A DNA stretch of 64,000 nt from an uncultured Spirochaetota bacterium (GCA_963734545.1 CAVTHO010000007.1:896001-960000); one strand, 5' to 3'; positions 12,831-24,993 are shown, numbered from the stretch's first letter. The notes: generated by a model from the sequence alone, not told the origin. Numbers and translations are program-made.

Positions 12831-14530
12831 ATGGACACAGCAAAGCGTCGCAGCTCGGCGGTTCAAGAGGGCGCCTCGCGCGCCCCGCACAGGAGCCTGC
12901 TCCACGCCCTGGGGTGGGACGGCGCATCGCTGGGCAGGCCGGTCATCGGGATCGCCAACTCGTACAGCGAGCTGGTCCCCGGCCACCGCGATCTGCGAAA
13001 GATCGTGGAAAGCGTCCGCGAAGGCATCTGGTCGGAGGGCGGGGTTGCGTGCGAGTTCGGCACCATCGCGGTGTGCGACGGAATCGCCATGGGGCACGAG
13101 GGGATGAAGTATTCGCTGCCCAGCCGGGACCTGATTGCTGACTCGGTGGAGATCGTCGCCCAGGCCCACGCGCTGGACGGCCTGGTGCTTGTGGGAAGCT
13201 GCGACAAGATCGTCCCGGGCATGCTCATGGCCGCGGCGCGCCTGGACATCCCCTCGGTCATCGTCTCCGGGGGGCCCATGCTCGCGGGCAGCTTCGACGG
13301 CAAAGACGTGGGTCTGGAGGCGGTATTCGAAGCGGTCGGCCGGCACAGCGCGGGCAAAATGACCGATCGCTGACCTGGCGCGTCTGGAATCGCAGCGCCT
13401 GTCCCGGGCTGCGGCTCATGCGCCGGCCTGTTCACGGCGAACACGATGAACTGCCTCTCGGAGGCGCTCGGGCATTGCGCTTCCCGGGCAACGGGACCAT
13501 TCCCGCGGTGTACGCGGACCGATGCATCCTCGCCCGGGAGGCGGGCCGCGCCGCTGTTCGGGCCGTCCGCCAGGGACTTACTCCGCGCAAGGTGCTCACG
13601 CGCGCCGCTTTTCTCAACGCGGTCGCCCTGGACATGGCCCTCGGGGGCTCGACGAACACGGCGCTCCACCTGCCCGCGATTGCCGCCTCTGCAGGCGTTC
13701 CGCTCTCACTCGACGATTTTGACCAGATGAGCGCAAAGGTTCCTCATCTCTGCTCGCTGGCCCCTTCGGGACCGTACTACATGCAGCATCTGCACTCCGC
13801 CGGCGGTGTCATGACGGTGATGAAGACGCTGGCGGGTCTGGGAAGAATCGACGGGAGTGCAGCAACCGTGACAGGTTCTCCGCTCTCCTCATCTTACGCA
13901 TGGCGCACCGGACCCTGACGGAAAATACGTTGCGCGCCCGGAGAAGCCGTATCATGCCGAGGGAGGGCTCGCGGTGCTCAGGGGAAACCTCGCACCGGAG
14001 GGCAGCATCGTAAAAAAGGCGGCCGTGGACCCCTCCATGCTGGTTCACGAAGGACCAGCCCGCGTGTTCGATTCGGAGGAGGAGGCGCAGGAAGCGATCA
14101 TGGGAAAACAGATCAAGCCGGGGGACGTCGTGGTGATCCGCTACGAGGGTCCGAAGGGAGGGCCCGGGATGCGTGAGATGCTCTCCCCCACCGCCACCAT
14201 TGCCGGCATCGGCCTGGACCGGGAAGTGGCGCTCATCACCGACGGCAGGTTTTCCGGTGCCAGCCGCGGCGCGTCAATCGGCCACGTCACGCCCGAGGCC
14301 GCGGCCGGCGGTCCCATCGGAATCGTGCAGCGAGGGGGACCGCATCCGGGTCGATATCCCGGGAAAAAGGCTGGATCTTCTGATCGACGAGAAGGAATGG
14401 AAGGTCCGCGCGAACAGCTTCCGCCCCCGGGAAACCCGGACGGAAAGCTCGTTCCTCGACTCGTACGCCGCGTGCAGTGGGTCCCGCATCGAAGGGCGCC
14501 CTGCGCGAAACAAGAGGAGAGCGATCATGA
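12831..14530 (+). CDS. ilvD: Dihydroxy-acid dehydratase (frameshifted in assembly)
   Basis: [63 protein letters not shown]. Confidence 0.93.
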
Positions 14531-16294
14531 AACGCTCAGGCGCGCAGCTCCTGATCGAGGCTTTGAAAGCGGAGAAGGTCGATATCGTTTTCGGTTTCCC
14601 CGGCGGGGTCGTCATCCCCGTCTTCGACGCACTGTACGGGGAACGGGAGCTCAGGCTCGTCCTGGCCCGTCACGAGCAGGGGGCGGTGCACGCGGCGGAC
14701 GGCTACGCGCGGTCCACGGGGCGGGTCGGCGTCTGCCTCGTCACGAGCGGGCCCGGGGCCACCAACACGGTGACGGGCCTGGCGACCGCCAACTTCGATT
14801 CCGTGCCTCTCGTCGTGCTCACCGGGCAGGTGTCGCGCAACATGATCGGCAATGACGCATTCCAGGAAGCCGACATCGTGGGGATCTCGCGCTCGGTCAC
14901 CAAGCACAACTACCTGGTGACCGACCGCAAGGACCTCGGGCGGATCACTCCGGGAAGCGTTCTACATCGCGCGCAGCGGGAGGCCGGGACCCGTGCTCGT
15001 GGATATCCCCAAGGACGTCCTCATCGAGGCCTCCTCGGAGCCGCTTCCCGACACCGTCTCCATCCGCGGATACAACCCCGTCTACAAGGGACACCCGCTG
15101 CAGATCACGCAAGGCGGCGCAGGCCCTGGCAAAGGCCAAAAAGCCGCTCTTCTACGTGGGGGGCGGTCTGAACATTTCCGGTGCCGCCGAGGTCTTCCGC
15201 AAGGTCGTGCAGGACGGTGAACGTTCCCACGGTCGCCTCCCTCATGGGCATCAGCGTCCTCCCCAGCGACCATCCGCGGTTCCTCGGGCATGCTCGGCAT
15301 GCACGGCACGTACGCCGCGAACACGGCCGTGCAGAACTGCGACCTGCTGTTCGCCGTCGGCACCCGATTCGACGACCGGGCCACGGGCGACCTCGCCAAG
15401 TTCGCCCCCCATGCGACGGTCGTGCACGTCGACATCGACCCCGCCTCGATTTCCCGCAACGTCGCGGTGGAGATTCCCATCGTCGGGGACGCGCGCACGG
15501 TTCTCGAGGACCTGCTGCCCGCACCTCGCAGCCGCCGTCGCAGGACGAATGGGTGCGCGAGACGGACGAGTGGAAGCGCGACACACCCGCTGGTGGAGAT
15601 CGAGCGGCAACGGGCGGCTCTCACCCACCGCGGTCATCCGCGCAATCGCCGCGGCCTTTCCCGGATGCGATCGTCACGACCGAGGTCGGCCAGAACCAGA
15701 TGTGGACCGCGCTGTACTACTCCTTTCAGCGAGCCGCGGTCGTTCCTCACCTCGGGCGGACTGGGCACGATGGGCTACGGCTTTCCCGCCGCCATCGGCG
15801 CGCAGCTCGGCAATCCCGGGCGCCGCGTCATCGACATCGCCGGAGACGGCTCCATCCAGATGAACATCCAGGAGCTGGCCACCGCGGTCAGCGAGGGCCT
15901 CCCCGTGATCGTCGCCATCCTGAACAACGGCTACCTCGGCATGGTCCGCCAGTGGCAGGAGGTCTTCTACAGGCAGGCGCTACTCCGGCGTGTGCCTGGA
16001 GCGGACCGTCGACTGCCCGCCGGACTGCGCGAAGCCCGAACGAGCAATTGCCCGCCCTACGTGCCCGGATTTCGTGCAAGCTCGCGCAGGCGTACGGCGC
16101 GGTGGGGATCCGCGTCAGCCGTCCCGCGGAGATCGAGCCGGCGCTCGGGGAGGCGCGTCAGATCCACCGACCGGCCGATCTTCCTCGATTTCCAGATCGA
16201 GCGGGAAGCCAACGTGTGGCCCATGGTGCCGGCGGGCGCCGGCATCGACGAGATGATGAACACGGACGAACGGGAAGACAGGGGGCTGGCATGA
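14527..16294 (+). CDS. ilvB: Acetolactate synthase large subunit (frameshifted in assembly)
   Basis: [64 protein letters not shown]. Confidence 0.93.
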
Positions 16295-16814
16295 CACACA
16301 TCATCTCCCTGCTCGTGGAGAACCAGCAGGGGGTCCTGGCCCGGATCTCAGGGCTCTTCTCGGGCCGCGGCTACAACCTGGAGAGCATCACCGCGGGAGT
16401 CGACCACCGATCCCACGGTCTCGCGCATCACCCTGGCCTGCACCGGAGACGACGCGGTGGTGGAGCAGATCAAGAAGCAGCTCAACCGGCTGATCGACGT
16501 GATCAAGGTCACCGAGCTCACGGACGTGCCCGCGCTGCACCGGGAGCTGATGCTCGTCAAGGTGAGCGCGCAAGGGCCGGCAGCGGGGGGAGATCTTCCA
16601 GGTGGCGGACGTGTTCAAGGCCCAGGTCATGGACGTCGGCCACGACACGCATGACCGTGGAGCTCGCCGGGCTCACCGGAGAAGATCGACGATTTCGTCT
16701 GCGCTGCTCCAGCCCGTACGGGATCGTGGAGATCGCGCGCAGCGGGGTCGTGTCGATGGAGCGGAGCAGGAAGAAGCGCACGCGGCGGCCGAACGGACGG
16801 AGCCGACAAGATAA
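16291..16814 (+). CDS. ilvN: Acetolactate synthase small regulatory subunit (frameshifted; end approximate)
   Basis: [58 protein letters not shown]. Confidence 0.9.
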
Positions 16815-16824
16815 GGAGGATCTC

Positions 16825-18377
<1,553 letters not shown>

Positions 18378-18407
18378 AGAGGCGCAGGGGAAAGCGCGAG
18401 GTGCGAT

Positions 18408-20010
18408 ATGAGCGGAAAAAGAATCACAATCTACGACACGACACTGCGGGACGGCATGCAGGGCCAGGGCATCAGCTACACGCTGGAAGACAAGGTCCAG
18501 ATCGCGCTGGCCATGGACGAGTTCGGCATCGACTACATCGAGGGCGGCTTTCCACTGTCCAACCGCAAGGAGGCCGAGTTCTTCCAGCGTATGCGGAAGG
18601 AGAACCTGCGCCACGCGAAGGTCGTCGCCTTCGGCTCCACCGGAAACCGCAGGGGAAGGCTGCCTCCGATCCCCAGATCGCCGCCCTGCTGCATGCCGAG
18701 ACCCCCACGGTGATCGTGGTGGGAAAGACCTGGAAGGCTCACGTGCGGCGACGTCCTGCAGACCACGGAGGAGGAGAACCTCGCGCATGATCGCGGACTC
18801 CCTGTCGCGTCCTGAAGAAGGCGGGGCGGGAGGTCTTCTTCGATCTCGAGCATTTCTTCGACGGGTACAAGGACGACCCCGCGTATGCGCGCGCCGTGCT
18901 GAAGACCGGCGCACGAGGCGGGGGCGGACTGCCTGGTGCTGTGCGACACCAACGGCGGGACGCTGCCCGTCCGAGGTGGCGCGCATCATGGGCGAGCTGC
19001 CGCCTTGCCGAGCTGGGGCCGATCGGCGTCCATTTTCACGACGACACGGGCAACGCGGTGGCAAACTGCTCTCGCCGCCTTCGAGCACGGCGCCGTCGCA
19101 CGTGCAGGGGACCATCAATGGCTGGGGTGAGCGCTGCGGGAACCTGAACCTCTGCGTCCTCGTTCCCACCCTCTGCCTGAAGCTCGACCTGGAAGCGACG
19201 GCCTGCGCCAACTTGAAGCACCTCACTTCCCTCTCACGGTTCGTGGCGGAGAAGGCCAACATCATCCCCGACAAGCGTCAGCCCTACGTGGGTGAAGCCG
19301 CGTTCTCCCACAAGGCGGGCCAGCACGCGGACGTCATCAGCAAGGCGCCCGAGCTCATGGAGCACATCGACGGCGCCCTCGTGGGCAACGAGCGCCGCGT
19401 GCTGCTCTCCGAGCTTGCCGGCAAGTCCACCATGGTGAAGAAGCTGATGCGCTACGGGGATTTCGAAAAATCCTCCGAAGTGGTGTCCCGTCTCCTCGCC
19501 GAGCTCAAGGAGCTCGAGGAAAAGGGCTACGAATACGAGGCGGCGGAGGCCTCATTCGACCTCATCATCCGCCGGGCCCTCGGGCTGTACAAGCCGCTTC
19601 TGGAGCTCAGCAACTACCACCTGGAGAACTACAAGTCCGGCGACACTCCGGCCAAGACCGTGGGCAGGATCTTCGTGCGCGTCAACGGCAACGTGCTCAT
19701 GGGCGCCGCGGTGGGCGCGGGCCCCGTGGACACGCTGAACGGCGCGCTGCGCGACGCCCTGCTTCCCCTGCACCCGTTCCTGAAGAAGCTGAAGCTCACC
19801 GACTACCGCGTGCGCGTGCTCAATCCTGAGAAGGCCACCGCGGCGCGGGTGCGGGTCTTCATCACGACGTCGGACGGCGAGCAGACGTGGGACACGGTGG
19901 GGGTGGACGAGAACATCATCGAGGCATCCTGGCAGGCGCTGGTCGACGGCATGGAGTACTACTACAACAACTTCGCCGTGGAGAGCGAAACGCGACAGGC
20001 CGCGGGGTAG
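18408..20010 (+). CDS. cimA: Citramalate synthase (frameshifted in 5' half)
   Basis: YDTTLRDGMQGQG, LCDTNGG, GWGERCGN, AFSHKAGQH, LSELAGKS, GYEYEAAEASF, NIIEASWQALVD. Confidence 0.88.
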
Positions 20011-20016
20011 AGCGAA

Positions 20017-21187
20017 ATGGCGCCTACGATCGTCTACCTTGCCGGATTTCGCCAGCACGCCGGAAAGACGGTGACCGCGCTGGGCATCATCTCGCGGCTG
20101 CGCGCGCGCATGGATCCCGCCCGCATTGCCTACCTCAAGCCGGTGGGACAGGAGCTGGCCACCCTGCCCGACGGGTCGCGCATCGACAAGGATGCACCGC
20201 TGATGAAGGAGTTTGCCGCTATTCCGGATCTGGACCTCAAGTTTGTCTCCCCCGTTCGCCTCGGGACCGGCTTCACCCAGGAGTACCTGGACTCTTCGGA
20301 TCACAGGCAGGGCACCCGGGATCTTCAGGACGAGATCATCCGCTGCCTGGACAGCCTCAGTCACAAAGACGTGATCATCGCCGAAGGCACGGGGCACCCG
20401 GGCGTCGGCGGGATAGTCGGGCTTTCGAATGCAGACGTTGCAAACCTGATGGGAGCAAGCGTGGTTTTCCTTTCCGGCGGCGGAATCGGCAAAGCCCTGG
20501 ACATGCTCGAAGTGGATCTCTCCTATTTTCTGTACAAGAAGTGCAGGGTGCGCGGCATTCTCTTCAACAAGGTGATTCCGGACAAGATCTCCTCGATGGC
20601 GCACTACATTACCGAGGACCTCCTGAACGACAAGTACGGGGCGTTCGGGGGACGCCTCCGCATCCTCGGGTTCCTGCCCGGAGATCGGGGACCTGGGCCG
20701 GCCGTCCATGCGCACCATCCTCGAGCGCTACGACAGGTCGGAGCCTCTCTGGCCGCCGGAAGGTCCCTCCTGGCAGTTTCCCTGCAACCAGACCCGGATC
20801 ATCTCCGCCGATGCGGACTCCTTGAAGGTCGAGGAGTATGTCGTGCCGCGGGACGTCGTGATCCTCGCTGCCAGCTCAAAGAGGCGCGCCCGCAAGGTGG
20901 TCGAGTTTCACCTGCGCGATCCCCAGTCACCCCTCGGAGGGCTGATCCTGACCTGCGGCAAGACCGACAACCTGGACCCCGGCGTGCGGGAAGAGATCGT
21001 GGCGGCGCGACTGCCGGCGCTCCTCGTGAAGGACGACACGGCGATTGCAGAGCAGCGCATCCTCGAAATCTATGAGAACACGAAGCTGCAGACCTATGAC
21101 GCCGGCAAGGTCGCGGAGATCGAGGAGATGTTCGAGCAGCATTTCAATACGGACCTCTTCATGGAGACGTTTCGGATCGGGGCATAA
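20017..21187 (+). CDS. Stand-alone BioD-like/DRTGG protein resembling the phosphotransacetylase N-terminal region; frameshift near 20685
   Basis: P-loop QHAGKT, YLKPVGQ, IAEGTGHPGVGGIVGLSNADVA, GGIGKALD, GILFNKV, GGLILTCG. Confidence 0.75.
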
Positions 21188-21256
21188 GGGAGTCCGCCCC
21201 GGAGCAGATCTGCATCTTTCTCTGCAATCGTGATCGTAAGGGCATTAATTTAGTTC

Positions 21257-21310
21257 TTGCATCCGGGTCGCAAAAGACGTATCATCTGCGAAAGATATAA
21301 GTTTTCGCAG
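21257..21310 (+). promoter_or_regulatory. sigma70-like promoter immediately followed by an inverted repeat (candidate operator)
   Basis: TTGCAT-N17-TATCAT (21257-21285), then CTGCGAAA-N9-TTTCGCAG (21286-21310). Confidence 0.45.
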
Positions 21311-21654
21311 TATGGAAGCCCGGGCTTGCCGGTATGATGCGAACAAAAAGTTTAATTTGCCGTGTTCCTTCCTGCCATTCACGACCCCCGGATCGGACCA
21401 AGACTTCCGCATTCGAACAAGCGGCTGCGCATAAAGCGCTTGCGTTAATCGGTAGTCATGGCGTCAAAAAGGAGAAAGTAAAATGGCCCACAATGATGCA
21501 GCTCATTTTCATATCGATAGTGAATGAACTCATCCGCACCAGGGAATTGAGGCGAATCATCGACTCGCTGCCGGCGTGACGCGATGGACCGCGGGAGACG
21601 GTGGACCGAAACGCAAACGACCCATGGTGTTGTGAGTCGAGGTGAGGAGGCTCC

Positions 21655-21990
21655 ATGGAGAATCTTGCCATCTTCATTCGGGTAGAAACAGAAATACTGA
21701 TCCTCTCGACAGTCGCGATCATCGGCTACAAGATGCTGACTCTCACTATCACGATGCAGGGACTTTTGGACGACAAGCTCACCGGCAGTCCTTTGTGTCC
21801 GGAACGGGTCCAGCTTCTGACCCTTATCGTCGCATCTGGCATCCTGTATCTATCTCAGGTCCTGAAGCAGTCCCCGGCGGAAACTTCCAGGTTCCCGGCC
21901 ATCCCAGACTATTGGGCCTGGATCGCGGCGGCAAGCAATGCCCTGTATCTCGGGGGAAAAGCAATCAGGTTATGGAGTATGCGAAAATGA
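21655..21990 (+). CDS. Small 3-TM hypothetical membrane protein
   Basis: RBS GAGGAGG; ERVQLL...FPAIPDYWAWIAAASNALYLGGK parallels the motif of the next gene. Confidence 0.6.
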   Translation: MENLAIFIRVETEILILSTVAIIGYKMLTLTITMQGLLDDKLTGSPLCPERVQLLTLIVASGILYLSQVLKQSPAETSRFPAIPDYWAWIAAASNALYLGGKAIRLWSMRK

Positions 21991-22028
21991 ATATATTCAG
22001 AGAATTCTAATAGCAAGGGAGGAAAAAA

Positions 22029-22412
22029 ATGGGTATTCAGTACGAGTTGCTGGGTGTGATATTCGGCTGGATCATCGCAGCCGGAATCGGGGGACTGTGG
22101 GCCATTGTCCTGGCGAAAATCATCACAAACCGCATCGACCTGGCAAAGCTGATTGCCGATACCAACGGCGGTGCAAGCATGTCGCGGTTCCAACTCCTCG
22201 TCTTCACGTTCGTCATTGCCACCAGCCTGTTTTTCATCACGTTCAAGAACTCTCCGCCCGCTCTGCCGGATGTCCCCGCAAATATCCTCGCCCTGCTGGG
22301 AATAAGCGCCAGCTCGTATGTCGTATCAAAGGCCATTCAAACTGGCGCCGAGGCCGCTATCGCAAGGGAGAAGATAAGGAAAGGAAAGCCGGCTGACATC
22401 GGGCGCAAGTGA
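22029..22412 (+). CDS. Small 3-TM hypothetical membrane protein, apparent paralog of the upstream gene
   Basis: RBS GGAGG; SMSRFQLLVFTFVI...LPDVPANILALLGISASSYVVSK. Confidence 0.7.
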   Translation: MGIQYELLGVIFGWIIAAGIGGLWAIVLAKIITNRIDLAKLIADTNGGASMSRFQLLVFTFVIATSLFFITFKNSPPALPDVPANILALLGISASSYVVSKAIQTGAEAAIAREKIRKGKPADIGRK

Positions 22413-22478
22413 TAAGGGGATGGAACCCGCTGTCTCTCAGCGAGGGAAAGAAAGACCGGTCCGTGCGGGATCGGTTTG

Positions 22479-22493
22479 GATTGGCCCCTAGGG
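22479..22493 (-). repeat. att-like direct repeat of the tRNA-Glu 3' end
   Basis: GATTGGCCCCTAGGG versus GATTAGCCCCTAGGG at 24702-24716: 14/15 identical, same orientation. Confidence 0.5.
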
Positions 22494-22719
22494 TAGGAAA
22501 GCGCCAAATTCCAGCGCTGCGGATTCATGTTGTGTACATTCTGGGCGGCTATTGCCGCCCGGGCGTGCCCGTGGGGCCCGTGATGTACGCGGCGGCAGTC
22601 GGGGCACGGCATTCATTAGCGCCGAAGTCTGCCTTCGTGTTGCCCGACGCCGGAGCGGCAGGGGGTCATGCTTCCGGCGAGGGTCGATCCAAGAAGCGCG
22701 GTGCGACGGTCTTCAACCA

Positions 22720-22845
22720 ACGGAAGCGTCGTTCCACCTGATGATCCGCCGGGCCCTCGGGCAGTATGTACCAGTCCTGGAGCTCAGCAACAATCACATG
22801 GATAACTACTAGTTCGGCAGCATGCCGGCGAGAATCGTCGGCGGG
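22720..22845 (+). pseudogene. Decayed internal fragment of a citramalate synthase gene
   Basis: Reads EASFHLMIRRALGQYVPVLELSNNHMDNY*FGSMPARIVG versus cimA (about 19543-19668) EASFDLIIRRALGLYKPLLELSNYHLENYKSGDTPAKTVG; in-frame TAG. Confidence 0.8.
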
Positions 22846-22870
22846 CAGCACAGCCGGCGCCTCGAGGGGC

Positions 22871-23410
22871 CTAGCACGCAATGCACGCCCGTTCACCACT
22901 ACGGACCGACTCGTCCTCGGGGACCGAAGTGCTGTCGGGCGCAGGGTGCGCGGCCGACAACGCGAGCGGGACAACGCGGAAACCTTTGGCCCTCAGCAGC
23001 TCCAGGCGCAGGAGGGATGTGGGTCCTCCTGAAAGGTACCACTCACCGGTCTGAGTCCGGACAGCCTCGATCGGGCCGGGCTCAGAGCTATCCGCGCAGA
23101 ACCCGATCTTCCATGCCGCGGCAAGCCTGCGACTCATCAGTGGCAGATGCGACCGAGGCCTTCCCCGTGAATTGATTATCCCAACAATCAGATCAATCGG
23201 CACCTCTCGCGCATTGCCTGCGCCCCCATAGATCGCCTCCCGCTCAGAAGTCCTGTTGTTCCTGGGGGCAACAAGGGCCGTAATCCGACGCATCAGGGCC
23301 TTCAGCCTTGCGCGATGAAACTCCCCATTTGCTTCGAACCTGCAATACTCAGATAGAAATTCGATCTCCTGCCGTTTGGAACGGCGCTGCAATCTGGGAG
23401 GAATTGCCAT
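22871..23410 (-). CDS. Hypothetical protein, possibly a degenerate ParB/Srx-like domain
   Basis: RBS GGAG; pattern EFHRARLKA...VPIDLIVG...W...PGPIEA...GEWYL...LRAKG recalls ParB-like proteins, but the DGxHR motif is absent. Confidence 0.45.
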   Translation of the reverse strand: MAIPPRLQRRSKRQEIEFLSEYCRFEANGEFHRARLKALMRRITALVAPRNNRTSEREAIYGGAGNAREVPIDLIVGIINSRGRPRSHLPLMSRRLAAAWKIGFCADSSEPGPIEAVRTQTGEWYLSGGPTSLLRLELLRAKGFRVVPLALSAAHPAPDSTSVPEDESVRSGERACIAC

Positions 23411-23579
23411 GTGGTCTCCTTTCCGTGAGACCAGAATAGCCGCTATTCAGACCGCCGAATTCCCCCTGCGGACATTCTTTTGGCCTTGGAGGACATTTCG
23501 AGCTGCACATGATGCTGGACTGGCGGGAAAGGAGTGGCGGCGTGGCCCCGTGCGCGTTTTCGCCTCGCGGAGCGCTTCC

Positions 23580-24644
23580 CTAATCCTCGGCGTGCCGCCT
23601 GGTGCTGCGGGGCAGGAATCCGAAGAGCTTCTTATACGCTTCCCCGAAGTGACCAATACTTTGGAAGCCTACCCGTGCGGCAACCTCGCTCACCGAGAAG
23701 TCGCCCTGGATCAGCAGAACGTGAGCCCGACGCAGGCGTTCCGTGCGAGCGTATTCGAAGACAGGAACCCCGAAAACCGTGCGGAATGCGGTCTTGAGCG
23801 CGGTTGTGCTCGTCCCCACAGCTCGGGCAAGCTCCGCAAGTGAAGGCAGGTCGTCGAGCCTGCTGTCCACGATGTCTCGGGCTTCGTGCATCCGGCGAAT
23901 CTCCCGCGGCCTGAGCGACTGTCCGGCGTCGTGTCGCTTGTCTTTGCCGAACATTTGCGCCAACGCCAGGGCAACCGCCTCCAGTGCCTTCCCTTCGACG
24001 TAGAGCCTTTTCAGCGTTCCCTCAAATGCGCATTCTTCAATCGATTCGACACTGCGAATGAGATCAGGGGAGACTCGATGCCACAGGATCCAGGGTTCGC
24101 CGGATGGGGGTGTCGAGCGGGGCATTGGGCCAGCCTCTGGCAATCCAATATCGGTGCCGAGCTGTCTCAGCAGCTCCTGTCCGACAACAAGGCATAGGCT
24201 TCTTGCCGTGCTGCCGGGGGAGACCAGGACAGCGCCTGTGGTCAAGGGATGGAGACAGAACTCCCAGGGGTTTTCGGGCGCGAATGCGCCGCCGCCTGAG
24301 TGCACCACCGGTCCCTGGTTCGAATTGAGACAGATCACGTAGGGGTAGCCGTTCGCGCGCATGGCGACCATACATTCGTCTTTTCCGGCTCTGCATTCGT
24401 CGCTCTGGTAAAAGAGCTCGGGGGTAATACCTATGGCATGCCAATCATGGTCCCCTGCTCCATAAAGGGCCGGAGCCCTCACGCGGCGCTCGTATGAGTT
24501 CTCCTTCGATCGCGGGAAGACTACCTCCCCCGCAATTGCTCTGGCCCGTTGGTTGAGACTGGAATACTCGCGGCTCATGATCGCTCTGCCTTTCCCATCA
24601 CGGCAGCCACAGACGAAAACCAGATGCGTCATGAATATAAACAT
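23580..24644 (-). CDS. AraC-family transcriptional regulator, PchR/YbtA-like (start may be at MSREY near 24578)
   Basis: LYVEGKALE, PSLAELARAVG, LKTAFRTVFGVPVFEY, SVSEVAARVGFQSIGHFGEAYKKLFG. Confidence 0.9.
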   Translation of the reverse strand: MFIFMTHLVFVCGCRDGKGRAIMSREYSSLNQRARAIAGEVVFPRSKENSYERRVRAPALYGAGDHDWHAIGITPELFYQSDECRAGKDECMVAMRANGYPYVICLNSNQGPVVHSGGGAFAPENPWEFCLHPLTTGAVLVSPGSTARSLCLVVGQELLRQLGTDIGLPEAGPMPRSTPPSGEPWILWHRVSPDLIRSVESIEECAFEGTLKRLYVEGKALEAVALALAQMFGKDKRHDAGQSLRPREIRRMHEARDIVDSRLDDLPSLAELARAVGTSTTALKTAFRTVFGVPVFEYARTERLRRAHVLLIQGDFSVSEVAARVGFQSIGHFGEAYKKLFGFLPRSTRRHAED

Positions 24645-24676
24645 GGGAAGGGGGGGAGCGGAGATTATTTGACAGG

Positions 24677-24701
24677 AAAAAAAGGCGGCATCCCTGCCGC
24701 C
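24677..24701 (-). terminator. Intrinsic terminator after tRNA-Glu
   Basis: Minus strand GGCGGCA-GGGA-TGCCGCC followed by T7. Confidence 0.8.
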
Positions 24702-24704
24702 GAT

Positions 24705-24776
24705 TAGCCCCTAGGGGAATCGAACCCCTCTTTTAAGATTGAGAATCTCATGTCCTAACCGATAGACGAAGGGGCC
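24705..24776 (-). tRNA. tRNA-Glu (CTC)
   Basis: GGCCCCTTCGTCTATCGGTTAGGAC..TGAGA-TTCTCAA-TCTTA..GGTTCGATTCC..AGGGGCTA cloverleaf; CCA not encoded. Confidence 0.95.
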
Positions 24777-24795
24777 ACTTTCTCCGCTCTGCCTC

Positions 24796-24866
24796 TTTCC
24801 CGGGGAGGATTCGAACCCCCACAAAAAGATCCAGAGTCTTTTGTGCTACCGTTACACTACCGGGAA
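24796..24866 (-). tRNA. tRNA-Gln (CTG)
   Basis: TTCCCGGTAGTGTAACGGTAGCAC..AAAGA-CTCTGGA-TCTTT..GGTTCGAATCC..CCGGGAAA. Confidence 0.95.
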
Positions 24867-24880
24867 TCGTGTACGGCTGA

Positions 24881-24909
24881 TATGTAATGGAGCAGGGCCA
24901 ATTTGTCAA
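24881..24909 (-). promoter_or_regulatory. sigma70-type promoter for tRNA-Gln/tRNA-Glu
   Basis: Minus strand TTGACA-N17-TACATA, 14 nt upstream of tRNA-Gln. Confidence 0.65.
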
Positions 24910-24993
24910 GTAGCGCGGCATGACCGGCCGCCCTGCACGCTGCTGCGCGCCTCTGCGCGCCGCTCGGAGCGGCGCTGGTGACGAGTTGCAGGC

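Noticed and set aside
21334-21579. 81-aa ORF downstream of the insert promoter
   Set aside because: No clear RBS or motif; may be a remnant, so not called.
22560-22615. VMYAAAVGA resembling cimA VLMGAAVGA
   Set aside because: Short, low-complexity and out of order relative to the real fragment; likely chance.
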